A program made the position numbers and the translations under genes. 64,000 nucleotides of DNA, from the NCBI GenBank assembly GCA_027340875.1, contig DAIENX010000008.1, positions 1-64,000 of the forward strand, in the 5' to 3' direction. Shown here in pieces: positions 41,778 to 50,701 of this stretch. The notes under the pieces were generated by a model. It was not told the DNA's origin. It searched no databases and saw only the letters and a program-made list of their open reading frames with translations. Numbering within the stretch: the first letter of the stretch is position 1; each line of letters starts with the position of its first letter. The DNA comes from Elusimicrobiota bacterium (lineage in GTDB: Bacteria > Elusimicrobiota > Elusimicrobia > Elusimicrobiales > UBA9959).

Positions 41778-42019
41778 AGAAGAAGATCACGGTGCGCTAC
41801 TTCGCTATGATGGGCGAGAAGCGCGGCACGCAGAACGAGACCTACGAGACCGAGGCCGGGACCGCCAGGCAGCTGCTGCACGAGCTGCAGGCCAACAAGG
41901 CGCTGCCGCTGACTACCAACATCTCCCGCGCCGTGGTCAACGACAAGTTCGTGGACTGGGACGCCTCGATAAACGACGGAGATCTAGTCATCCTGATGTC
42001 GCCTTTCTCCGGCGGGTAA
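41774..42019 (+). CDS. moaD: MoaD/ThiS-family sulfur carrier
   Basis: ITVRYFA..., DGDLV, C-terminal PFSGG; ATGA overlap with xdhB. Confidence 0.82.
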   Translation: MKKKITVRYFAMMGEKRGTQNETYETEAGTARQLLHELQANKALPLTTNISRAVVNDKFVDWDASINDGDLVILMSPFSGG

Positions 42020-42036
42020 TAATGCTGTGCGGAAAT

Positions 42037-42077
42037 GAAGGCGCCGCCTCTCCGGAACCGGAGAGGCGGCGCCTTTC
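42037..42077. terminator. Long hairpin/bidirectional terminator between the convergent XDH operons
   Basis: AAGGCGCCGCCTCTCCGG-aa-CCGGAGAGGCGGCGCCTT. Confidence 0.75.
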
Positions 42078-42089
42078 TGTGCCGGGTTT

Positions 42090-44435
42090 CTACTTCTTTC
42101 CGGAGGCCTTTATCGCCTTCAGCACCTTTTCCGGCGTGAGGGGGAACTCGCGCAGGCGCACGCCGGTGGCGTTGTACAGGGCGTTGGCGAAGACCGGGGC
42201 CGCCCCGTTGATGGAGACCTCGGACACGCTCTTGGCGCCGAAAGGCCCGGTGTCCTCGTAGGAGGGCACCAGGATGATCTTGAGCGGCGGCCGGTCGCGC
42301 ATCGAGTAGATGTGGTAGTCGGCGAAGGACGCGTTCTTCATGCGCCCCTTCTCGTCGAACAGGTACTCCTCGGTGAGCGCGTAGCTGATGCCGTTCAGCG
42401 TGCCGCCCTCGGTCTGCCCTTCCGCCAGCGCCGGGTTCACGGCGGTGCCGCAGTCTATCGTGGAGACGTAGTTCAGGACCTTGATGAAGCCGGTCCAGGT
42501 GTCCACCTCTATCTCCGCGAAGTGCGCCGCGAACGGAGGCGGGGATTTCTTCGTGATATGCGAGGCCGTGCCGATGATCTGGTACTGGTCCTTCTGGTAC
42601 AGCGTGTACTTGGCGATGTCGCCGTAGCTGACCTTTTTTTTCTCATCCTGTTTGCTGTGGACGGCGGAGTTCTCGCAGAACACCTCCTCCACCGGCAGGC
42701 CCAGCATCTCGGCGCCGCTCTTCAGCAGCTGCCTCTTGGCGTCGGCCGCGGCCTTGCGCACCGCTTCGCCGGAGAGGTAGGTGGTCGAAGACGCGTACGC
42801 GCCCACGTCGAACGGCGTGATGTCGGTGTCGGAGGAGTAGACGATCATCTTGTCCGTAGTAGTTTCCAGTTCCTCGGCCGCTATCTGCGCGAGCACCGTG
42901 TCCGAGCCGGTGCCCAGGTCGGTGGCTCCCATCAGCAGGTTGAAGGAACCGTCGTCGTTTATCTTGATGGAGGCCGCGCCCATGTCGATGTCCGGTATCG
43001 ACGAGCCCTGCATCAGGCAGGCCATGCCGATGCCGCGGCGGTAGCGGCCGGTCTTGCCGCGCCAGTCCTGGCGCTTGTCCCAGCCTATGGCCTCGGCGCC
43101 CTGCAGTATGCACTCGGCGAGCGCGTTGGAGCCTACGGTCATCGGCGTGCCCTCGCGGCCCTCGCCCAGCGCCGCGAAGATGGGGGAGCCCTCGCCCTCG
43201 CGGATGTGGTTCATCTGCCGGAACTTCATCGGGTCCATGCCTATGGCCTCGGCCATCTGGTCCATCAGGGATTCCATCGCGAAGAAGGCCTGCGTGGCGC
43301 CGAAGCCGCGGTACGCGCCGGCTACGGGGAGATTGGTGTAGTAGGACTTGCCGTCGAACCTGATGTTCTCGCAATGGTAGAGCGGCAGCACCTTGGAGCC
43401 GGCGCAGGAGACCACGGTGAGCCCGTGGCCGCCGTAGGCGCCGGTGTTGTTGATGGCTTCCATATCTATCGCGGTGATAGTACCGTCCTTCTTCACGCCG
43501 GCCCGCAGGCGGATGCGGAACGGGTGACGGGTGCGCCCCGTGCGGAAGGTCTCCTCGCGGTCGAACTGCCAGATGCACGTGCGGCCGGTGCGCAGCGCGA
43601 ACATCGCGGTCACGTCGTCCAGCAGCACCTCCTGCTTGCAGCCGAAGCCGCCGCCTATGCGGGGCTTGATCACGCGGACCTTCTGTACCGGCACGTCGAG
43701 GGTCTTCGCCACTATGCGGCGGCAGTGGAACGGCACCTGCGTGGAGGTGGTGATCACTATACGGCCGGAAGGCGCTATCGCCGCCATGGAGGTGTAGGGC
43801 TCTATGGGACAGTGCTGGGCGTACGGGGTCTCGAAGGTCTGGTCGAAAGTGAAGTCGGCTTCCTTCATGCCCTTCTCGAAGCTGCCGGCCTCGCAGGCCA
43901 CGTGGGCCACCAGGTTCTTCTTCGGCTCGTACGGTATCGGTATCGGCACGTGGGCTTCCGGCTCGTCGTGTATGACCGGGGCGCCGTGGGCCATGGCCTC
44001 GTCCAGCGAGAATACAGGCTTGAGCAGCTCATACTCGACCTTTATAGCCTCGAGGGCGGCGAGGGCCTGCTCCTCGGTTTCGGCCGCGACGGCCGCCACG
44101 CGGTCGCCCACGAAGCGCACCTTCGTGTCGAACATGAAGGTGTCGTACGGCGACGGCTCCGGAAATCCCTGCCCGGCGGTGCAATGCGGTATGCGCGGCA
44201 CGTTGCCGTGCCAGAGCACGGCCTTCACCCCGGGCATCTTCTCCGCTTTGCTGACGTCGAGCTTCTTGATGCGGGCGTGGGCGTGGGGGCTCCACAGCAT
44301 TTTAATGACAAGCGCGTCGTTCGGTACGAAATCCGCGACATAGGAATCCTTGCCGAGCGCCAGCTGCAGCGCGTCTATCTTGGTGACGGAGTGGTTGACC
44401 TGCTTGAAGTTCTTCGCTTTTTCGTGCCTGTTCAT
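42090..44435 (-). CDS. XdhD-like molybdopterin-binding subunit of a xanthine-oxidase-family enzyme
   Basis: SPHAHARI, KVRFVGD, STQVP, IGGGFGCKQ, AYRGFGATQ, DLGTGSDT, GAYASS, GAKSVSEVSINGAAP; start MNRHEK. Confidence 0.85.
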   Translation of the reverse strand: MNRHEKAKNFKQVNHSVTKIDALQLALGKDSYVADFVPNDALVIKMLWSPHAHARIKKLDVSKAEKMPGVKAVLWHGNVPRIPHCTAGQGFPEPSPYDTFMFDTKVRFVGDRVAAVAAETEEQALAALEAIKVEYELLKPVFSLDEAMAHGAPVIHDEPEAHVPIPIPYEPKKNLVAHVACEAGSFEKGMKEADFTFDQTFETPYAQHCPIEPYTSMAAIAPSGRIVITTSTQVPFHCRRIVAKTLDVPVQKVRVIKPRIGGGFGCKQEVLLDDVTAMFALRTGRTCIWQFDREETFRTGRTRHPFRIRLRAGVKKDGTITAIDMEAINNTGAYGGHGLTVVSCAGSKVLPLYHCENIRFDGKSYYTNLPVAGAYRGFGATQAFFAMESLMDQMAEAIGMDPMKFRQMNHIREGEGSPIFAALGEGREGTPMTVGSNALAECILQGAEAIGWDKRQDWRGKTGRYRRGIGMACLMQGSSIPDIDMGAASIKINDDGSFNLLMGATDLGTGSDTVLAQIAAEELETTTDKMIVYSSDTDITPFDVGAYASSTTYLSGEAVRKAAADAKRQLLKSGAEMLGLPVEEVFCENSAVHSKQDEKKKVSYGDIAKYTLYQKDQYQIIGTASHITKKSPPPFAAHFAEIEVDTWTGFIKVLNYVSTIDCGTAVNPALAEGQTEGGTLNGISYALTEEYLFDEKGRMKNASFADYHIYSMRDRPPLKIILVPSYEDTGPFGAKSVSEVSINGAAPVFANALYNATGVRLREFPLTPEKVLKAIKASGKK

Positions 44436-44959
44436 TTCCCGGCCCCCTTGGCGGAGGTTCTCTTGGCGGCGGGCTTGCCGCCTTCCGCGGCGCGCCTGTC
44501 CAGGGTCCTGCGCAGGGCAACCCAGATCTTCTCGTAGCCGGTGCAGCGGCACAGGTTGCCGTCCATATATTCCTTCACGATCTCGTCCTCGAAGGTCTTC
44601 TCGCTCTCCATCAGCGCGGTGGCGCTCATGACCATGCCCGGGATGCAGTAGCCGCACTGGACGGCCCCGGCGGCGACGAGCTCCTTCTGGAAATCCGACG
44701 GGTTGTCGAAAGTGCCGGCGCTCTCGATGGTGCGCACCTCGCGGCCCTCGGCCTGCATCGCGTAGAGCAGGCAGGCGTAGGTGGCGCGTCCGTCGAGCAG
44801 GACGGTGCAGGCGCCGCAGGTGCCCTGGCCGCAGCCGTACTTGGTGCCGCGGTAGCCTTCGCGGCGCAGCAGCGAGAGGAGCTTCTCGTCGGGGCGGGTA
44901 AGGAAAGTTTTCTTTTCCCCGTTAAGGGTAAAGCTGACGGGGTGCGTTATCTTGTGCAT
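44432..44959 (-). CDS. 2x[2Fe-2S] subunit of molybdo-hydroxylase
   Basis: GTKYGCGQGTCGACTV, QCGYCIPG, GNLCRCTGY. Confidence 0.9.
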   Translation of the reverse strand: MHKITHPVSFTLNGEKKTFLTRPDEKLLSLLRREGYRGTKYGCGQGTCGACTVLLDGRATYACLLYAMQAEGREVRTIESAGTFDNPSDFQKELVAAGAVQCGYCIPGMVMSATALMESEKTFEDEIVKEYMDGNLCRCTGYEKIWVALRRTLDRRAAEGGKPAAKRTSAKGAGK

Positions 44960-45804
44960 TATTCTACCCTCCCGCGGGCGAACTTCGCCGCCCGTTCCAG
45001 GGCGTCCAGCACGGAGACTTCAGCCAGCTGTCTTATATAATCGGCGCTCATCCCTTCCCCGCCGACCCATTTCGCCGAAGCGCCAGCCGCCGCGGCGGCC
45101 GCCTCGAAGGTCGCGGGAGAGGCCTCCTTCCCCGCGAGCGCCGCCTCCACGGCCTTCAGTCGCTGCGGGAACGGTATGCCGCTGCCTGCGGCCACGCGCG
45201 CTTTTTTTATCGTCCCGCCGTCCAGCTCCAGCAGGGCGGCTATGGTCACGAGCGAGAAGGCGGCCGCGTTGCGTGTGGCTTTCACCGAGCCGAAGCCGTG
45301 GTGCGCCTTCAGCACCGGGATCTTCACCGCGGTCAGGATCTCCCCGTCCCTGAACAGCCTGGCGGGCTGGGAGGAAAAGTATTCATCGGCGGGTATTTCC
45401 TTCTCCTTGCCTGAGTAGATGACCATGCGCGCGTCCATCGCTAGCAGGACCACGGGGAGGTCCGCCCACGGGAAGACCCGCGCGATATTGCCGCCTATCG
45501 TGGAGACGTTGCGTACCTGATGGGTGGAGATGCGGCGGCAGATCTCGTGCATGGCCCAGCGCGGGCCGCGGTGGCGCTGGATGTCGGAAAGCGGGGTCGC
45601 GGCGCCTATGACGAAGAGATCTCCTTTCTGCTTTATGAAGGACAGGCCCAGGCGCGTTATGTCCACCGCCGTTATGGGGGTTTTGCCCTGCATGAAATGC
45701 AGCGCGGTGCCCCCGGCCAACGGCATACCTTTCGGCCCCAGCGCGCGCAACGCTTTTCGCGCTTCGGCGAGGGTAGAGGGACGGATAAATTCGCAAAGTT
45801 TCAT
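44959..45804 (-). CDS. FAD-binding subunit of molybdo-hydroxylase (YgfM/CoxM-like)
   Basis: RPSTLAEA, LAGGT, IGAAT, QVRNVSTIGGNI. Confidence 0.85.
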   Translation of the reverse strand: MKLCEFIRPSTLAEARKALRALGPKGMPLAGGTALHFMQGKTPITAVDITRLGLSFIKQKGDLFVIGAATPLSDIQRHRGPRWAMHEICRRISTHQVRNVSTIGGNIARVFPWADLPVVLLAMDARMVIYSGKEKEIPADEYFSSQPARLFRDGEILTAVKIPVLKAHHGFGSVKATRNAAAFSLVTIAALLELDGGTIKKARVAAGSGIPFPQRLKAVEAALAGKEASPATFEAAAAAAGASAKWVGGEGMSADYIRQLAEVSVLDALERAAKFARGRVE

Positions 45805-45922
45805 ATTGGTCGGCTTCCTGAACAGCGGATTGGATTTCGACTAAATATAGCAGATTTGCCGAGCAGGATAAAGCCGCTCCGAGGCCAGGCGCGGAGGACC
45901 GGGGAGGCGGCATCGGGAGTGC

Positions 45923-45952
45923 TTGACACCTCCCCCCGGGGCGGTATAGACT
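45923..45952 (+). promoter_or_regulatory. Sigma70 promoter, probably giving a leaderless mRNA
   Basis: TTGACA-N18-TAGACT, with ATG 5 nt after the -10. Confidence 0.6.
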
Positions 45953-45957
45953 GTTCT

Positions 45958-47415
45958 ATGGGGCTTATGGATATGGAGCATAACAGCGACGCACAGCCGG
46001 TCCTTCCGCACGAGAAGGCCACGCGCATCAACCTGGACAAGCGCTTCTACGGCACCTTCGCCGAGATAGGCGCCGGCCAGGAGGTGGCGCGCTGGTTCTT
46101 CGTGGTCGGAGGCGCCTCCGGGACGCTGGCCAAGACAATCTCCGCCTACGACATGGCCTTCTCCGACGCCATCTACGGCAAGGCCGAGCGCTACGTCAGC
46201 CGCGACCGGCTGGAGAAGATGCTGGAGTACGAGTACGCGCTGCTGCTGGAACGGCTGGCGGCCGACCGCGGCGGGACGGACTGCTTCTTCGCCTTCGCGA
46301 ATACCGTGGCCGCCCGCAGCTACCTCGGGAAGAAGGACTGCCACGGCTGGATGGGCATAAAGTTCCAGGGCGCTCCGAAGGAAGAGCCTTCGGAGATAAT
46401 CCTGCACGTCAACATGCTGGACAAGGAGAACGTGCAGCAGCAGGTGGCCCTCGGGATAATCGGCGTCAACCTGACCTACGGCGCCTTCTACCTCAGCCGC
46501 GAGCCGGAGAAGCTGATAGCCTCGCTGCTGGACGGTCTGTCGCGGGACAGGATAGAGGTGGACATGATCCGCTTCTCAGGGCCGCGCTTCAGGAGCGTGG
46601 ACAACAGGCTGATGACGCTGCAGCTGGTGGCGCAGGGCCTGACGGGGGCGGCGCTGATAGGCGCCGACGGCGGCGTGCTGCAGCCTTACGAGGTGCTCCG
46701 CAAGAAGAACATCCTGATAGAGCGCGGCAGCTTCCGCCCCGTGACCAAGGTCAACATCGACATGCTGGAGGGGGCCCGCTGCCAGTTCCAGGGAGATGTG
46801 GGGGTGGGAGCCGGGGATACCGTGGAGCTCATGGAGATAACGATGAGCAACCTGCTAAGCTCCGGCGAGATAGACCACTGCGATTTCCTGGCCCGCGCCG
46901 ACACTATAAACGCCGTCGGAAAGATGGTGCTGATCTCGGACTACGCCCAGTATTACAAGCTGGCCAACTACCTGCAGCGCTATACGAAGAAGCGCATAGG
47001 GATAGTCATGGGCCTGCCCAGCCTGAAGAAGCTGTTCGACGAGAAGTATTACGAGTCCCTCGACGGCGGCATCCTCGAGTCTTTCGGCCGGCTGTTCAAG
47101 AACGACCTGAAGGTCTACGTCTATCCGCAGATCGGATCGGAGCCGGGCCAGGTGGTGACCTGCGACGATTTCTCCATGGCCGGCGACCTGGAGCACCTGT
47201 TCCGCTACCTGTCCGATAACGGGCGCATCGTCCCGATAAAGGCCTTCAACAAGGATTGCCGGGGCGCCGTGTCGGGCGAGATAGTTGGCAAGATAGTATC
47301 GGGGGACGATTCCTGGGAGGAGATGGTGCCCCCCGAGGTCGCCAAATGCATCAAGGAACGCAGCTTTTTCGGCCACAAACGCTGGTGCGAGGAGGGGGAG
47401 AGGAAGGGCGCCTGA
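45958..47415 (+). CDS. Conserved cytoplasmic protein, degenerate CinA/PncC-like + NadD-like nucleotidyltransferase fusion
   Basis: FAEIGAGQEVA..GGASGT....SAY (CinA-like); ERGSFRPVTKVN and GDDSWEEMVPPEV (NadD/NadM-like); starts at 45967 or 45973 also possible. Confidence 0.6.
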   Translation: MGLMDMEHNSDAQPVLPHEKATRINLDKRFYGTFAEIGAGQEVARWFFVVGGASGTLAKTISAYDMAFSDAIYGKAERYVSRDRLEKMLEYEYALLLERLAADRGGTDCFFAFANTVAARSYLGKKDCHGWMGIKFQGAPKEEPSEIILHVNMLDKENVQQQVALGIIGVNLTYGAFYLSREPEKLIASLLDGLSRDRIEVDMIRFSGPRFRSVDNRLMTLQLVAQGLTGAALIGADGGVLQPYEVLRKKNILIERGSFRPVTKVNIDMLEGARCQFQGDVGVGAGDTVELMEITMSNLLSSGEIDHCDFLARADTINAVGKMVLISDYAQYYKLANYLQRYTKKRIGIVMGLPSLKKLFDEKYYESLDGGILESFGRLFKNDLKVYVYPQIGSEPGQVVTCDDFSMAGDLEHLFRYLSDNGRIVPIKAFNKDCRGAVSGEIVGKIVSGDDSWEEMVPPEVAKCIKERSFFGHKRWCEEGERKGA

Positions 47416-47435
47416 ACCTGCGTTCGGGGAGTAAA

Positions 47436-47463
47436 GAAAAAGCCCGCACAGGCGGGCTTTTTC
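47436..47463. terminator. Bidirectional intrinsic terminator
   Basis: GAAAAAGCCCGC-acag-GCGGGCTTTTTC. Confidence 0.8.
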
Positions 47464-47484
47464 CTTTTTCTGGCCCGGGCCGAG

Positions 47485-47982
47485 CTACTTGACCACCGGC
47501 CAGCCCGCCGCTATCCAGGCGTTGATGCCGCCCTCGATGTGGTGGATGTCGGTGAAACCCATGTTCTTCATTATGCCCAGGGTTATGCCGCTGCGGTGAC
47601 CGGAACGGCAGTAGATCAGATATTTCGCGCTCTTGTCCAGCTTGGCGAGCTGGTCCTTGAAGTCCGGGGCGTAGTAGTCCATGGTCATGCTGACGGCTTC
47701 CAGGTGGCCGGCCGCGTATTCCTCCGGCGTCCTGATGTCTATCACTATCGGCTTCTTGGCCTCTATGAAGTAGTGGGCCTCGTCCGGCTTTATCTCCACC
47801 GGGAAGTCGCAGTTGCCGGGCTTGGGGTCCGCGGCCGAGGGCTGGGGGGCCTCCGGCGCCGCGGCGAAGAGGGACGCCGCCGGTACGGCCTTGGCGCTCC
47901 CGCAGAAAATGGCGCTCAGGTCCAGCGCGCGGGCCATGGCCGCCGCCGAGACAATCAACATAAAAGCAATGAACATCCTCAT
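47485..47982 (-). CDS. Exported single-domain rhodanese (PspE-like)
   Basis: Signal peptide; IDIRTPEEYAAGHL, YCRSGHRS, GGINAW. Confidence 0.88.
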   Translation of the reverse strand: MRMFIAFMLIVSAAAMARALDLSAIFCGSAKAVPAASLFAAAPEAPQPSAADPKPGNCDFPVEIKPDEAHYFIEAKKPIVIDIRTPEEYAAGHLEAVSMTMDYYAPDFKDQLAKLDKSAKYLIYCRSGHRSGITLGIMKNMGFTDIHHIEGGINAWIAAGWPVVK

Positions 47983-48087
47983 GGATAACCTCCGGGTCGA
48001 ATGCTGACCGATGCGTATATTTTAGCAAAAAGTCCGGCCCCGTAGCCTGAGCGGGCCCGGCCGAGTTTTGGTATCATATAGATATAT

Positions 48088-49773
48088 ATGGCGAAGAGAC
48101 CAGGCTTCACCGTGATGCTCGCCTCCGCTGCGCTGGCCGTGCATCTCTTCGCCGGCCTTTCCTTCATCTTCTCCTCCTCGGCCACCTACGACGAGACGGT
48201 CCACCTGGCGAGCGGCTACTCTTACCTTAAGACGGGCCGCTACGCGATGAACATCATGGACCACCCGCCGCTGGCCGAGATGCTCTCCGCCCTGCCGCTG
48301 ACCTTCATGAACCTGAAGTCGTTCACGGCGCATCCTTATTTCGCGAACTCCATGCCGTACCATTACGGCGACCTGTTCCTGTACGAGAATACCGTTCCGC
48401 CGGAGCGCATCCTCAATGCCGCCAGGTGCTTCATTTTCCTGGTCTGGACCTCCGTCTTCGCCTTCTTCATCTGGTTCCTGGCCTCGCGGCTGGAGCCCGG
48501 TCCCGCCGCCGCGTTCAGCCTGGCCGTCTTCTCGCTGATGCCGGTCTTCATCTCCAACGACGCCCTAGTGACCACCGACGCGGCCGCCGCGGCCTTCTAT
48601 TTCGCCTCCTTCGCCGCCGGCTGGTATTTCACGGCGGGCGGTCCCGGAGCGGCCTCTCTGTGGCGGCGCGCGGTCCTGGCCGGCGTCCTCTCGGGGCTGG
48701 CGCTGGTCTCCAAGTTCAGCATGTTCATAGTGCCGCCGATGGTCGCCGCTCTCTGGCTGGCGGATAATTACGCTTCCAGACGGATGCCGCCAGCCAGGCT
48801 GGCGGGTTATATCACCGTCTACGCGGCCGCCTGCGTGCTGGCTGTCGCGCTGGTCTACAAGTTCGACCTCGGGCTCTACTGGAAGGGGCTTTACGCCACT
48901 CTGACCCGCCTGGACCAGGGGCGTTCCTCGTTCGCCTTCGGAAGCCATTCCGTCAGCGGGGTCTGGTGGTATTTCCCGGCCGCGCTGCTGGTGAAGACGC
49001 CCTTGGTGGCGCTAGGGGCGGCCGCAGCTGGGATCTGGCTGACGGCGAAGAACTTTCGCCGCGACTACCTCTGGCTGCTGGTCCCGCCGGCGGCATTCTT
49101 CGCGGCGGCGCTGACCGCCAAGGTGCAGATAGGCTACAGGCACATAATGCCGGTGATGCCGTTCCTGGCCGTGCTCGCCGGACTCGCCCTTTCCAGGCTG
49201 CCAGGCAAGAAGGGAACCTGGCTGGCTTCCGGCCTCCTCCTCCTGAACGCCGCGTCGGTGCTGCGCGTCAACCCCTATTACCTGTCATATTTCAACGAGG
49301 CGGCCGGCGGCCCGTCCAGCGGTTACCGGCTGTTGACCGACTCCAACCTGGACTGGGGACAGGACGTGCCGGCGCTGGCGCGTTACCTGGCCTCGCGCGG
49401 GAACCCGCCGCTCATCTTCTCCTATTTTGGCGTCGCCCGCCCGGAAAGCCGCGGGATAGGCTATGTCCCGCTCGGCGTGGTCTCCAACGTGGAGCTGAAG
49501 GGGACGGGGGCGCAGGTCTGCTCCATGAAGGAGGTCCTGCTGGCCGTTTCCGTCACTAATTTACAGAGCACGTATTACGCGGACAAGAGCACCTACGACT
49601 GGCTGAAGGACAGGAAGCCGCTATTCGACGCCGGCAATTCCATTTTCCTCTACGACCTGACCTCGGACGGTCCCGGCCTGCGGAAGCTGGCCGCGCTGTT
49701 CGACAGGGAGGGGCGCGATCAGGAGGCCGACTGCCTCTACGAGAATGCTGCCAAAGCGGAGAGAGCACCATGA
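48088..49773 (+). CDS. GT-C fold glycosyltransferase (GT39/ArnT/PMT-like)
   Basis: ATYDE..H, DHPPL, TTD, SKFS, QIGYRH, LSYFNE, TDSNLDWGQD; many TMs. Confidence 0.8.
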   Translation: MAKRPGFTVMLASAALAVHLFAGLSFIFSSSATYDETVHLASGYSYLKTGRYAMNIMDHPPLAEMLSALPLTFMNLKSFTAHPYFANSMPYHYGDLFLYENTVPPERILNAARCFIFLVWTSVFAFFIWFLASRLEPGPAAAFSLAVFSLMPVFISNDALVTTDAAAAAFYFASFAAGWYFTAGGPGAASLWRRAVLAGVLSGLALVSKFSMFIVPPMVAALWLADNYASRRMPPARLAGYITVYAAACVLAVALVYKFDLGLYWKGLYATLTRLDQGRSSFAFGSHSVSGVWWYFPAALLVKTPLVALGAAAAGIWLTAKNFRRDYLWLLVPPAAFFAAALTAKVQIGYRHIMPVMPFLAVLAGLALSRLPGKKGTWLASGLLLLNAASVLRVNPYYLSYFNEAAGGPSSGYRLLTDSNLDWGQDVPALARYLASRGNPPLIFSYFGVARPESRGIGYVPLGVVSNVELKGTGAQVCSMKEVLLAVSVTNLQSTYYADKSTYDWLKDRKPLFDAGNSIFLYDLTSDGPGLRKLAALFDREGRDQEADCLYENAAKAERAP

Positions 49774-50534
49774 CTAAAATACTGAAGCCGCTTATTATGC
49801 TGGTCATAACGGCGGCGGGCGGTTATGTGTGGATGACGATAATGGCCGGAGCGAAGAAGGACGCCTGTTTCGGCACCATGGGCAAGCCGGCTGTGGACGC
49901 CTGCTCGTTCATCATCCGCTGGCGCGGGGGGAGCGCGAAGGCCGATGCCCTGTACCGCCGCTCGCGCCTGTACGCGAACGGGGAATCCTGGGACGCCGAG
50001 AAAGCCGATCTCGAGGCGCTGCTGGCCATGAAGGATTCCGGCGACCTGAACAAGGAGAGGCTGAGCAACGTCTACGTCGGGCTCGCGCTGATCTACACGC
50101 GCAGGGGAGACGATTCCGCCGCGAGGAAATACTCGGAGCTCGCCGTGCAGACCGGGAACGCCGGTCAGGGCGTCTACGTTTCGCTGGCTGGAGCCTATAT
50201 CGAGGCCAAGCAGTACAAGCAGGCGGTCGATCTCCTGCTGGGCGCCTCGATCCCGGAGGCAGAGAAGAAGCATCCGTACTATAACGCCCTGGCATCCGCC
50301 TACGGCGGGATGGGGGACTATGCGCGGGCCTATTACGCCCTCAAGAAAGGGCTCGCTGTGAACGCTCCGCGGGCCGAGCTCGCCGCCACAGCCAAGCAGA
50401 TGGGCCTGGTGTGCTTCGAGCTGAAGCGTTACAAGGAGGCCGAGACGTATCTTGGCTACGCCCAGCGCGCCGGTGCCGAATGCCCGGAATGCCCGCTGTT
50501 GCTTACCACTATAAGGGAATCCCTTATGCCATGA
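49770..50534 (+). CDS. Membrane-anchored TPR protein
   Basis: N-terminal TM; repeated TPR-like helices (YNALASAY..MGDY..A); ATGA overlap. Confidence 0.7.
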   Translation: MTKILKPLIMLVITAAGGYVWMTIMAGAKKDACFGTMGKPAVDACSFIIRWRGGSAKADALYRRSRLYANGESWDAEKADLEALLAMKDSGDLNKERLSNVYVGLALIYTRRGDDSAARKYSELAVQTGNAGQGVYVSLAGAYIEAKQYKQAVDLLLGASIPEAEKKHPYYNALASAYGGMGDYARAYYALKKGLAVNAPRAELAATAKQMGLVCFELKRYKEAETYLGYAQRAGAECPECPLLLTTIRESLMP

Positions 50535-50701
50535 GGATATTTATTTTCAAATGAAAGGCATTGGAACGCGGAGTCACGGCCTGTGGCGCGCGCTCCTGGA
50601 GAAAAGGCGACAATTACGACTGGCATATAAATTGATTTAGAGGTCTGCAAAGCGCGCCCGTATATAGTGCGAAGCGCCGCTCCGGCTGACGAATAACGAC
50701 T

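Noticed and set aside
44432..44657. Upstream extension of the Mo-subunit ORF suggesting a frameshifted FeS-Mo fusion (as in E. coli XdhD)
   Set aside because: The extension is Arg-rich nonsense; the FeS gene ends normally and overlaps an ATG (ATGA), typical of translational coupling.
22952..45804. Selenocysteine recoding in the XDH/ssnA cluster
   Set aside because: All ORFs are full length with no in-frame TGA needed, and no sel genes are in the window.
45520..45957. 146 aa N-terminal extension of the 631 aa ORF
   Set aside because: It overlaps the opposite-strand FAD subunit gene and contains the gene's own promoter.
47485..47982. Rhodanese as sulfur donor for the molybdo-enzymes
   Set aside because: It has an N-terminal signal peptide (exported) and is separately transcribed.
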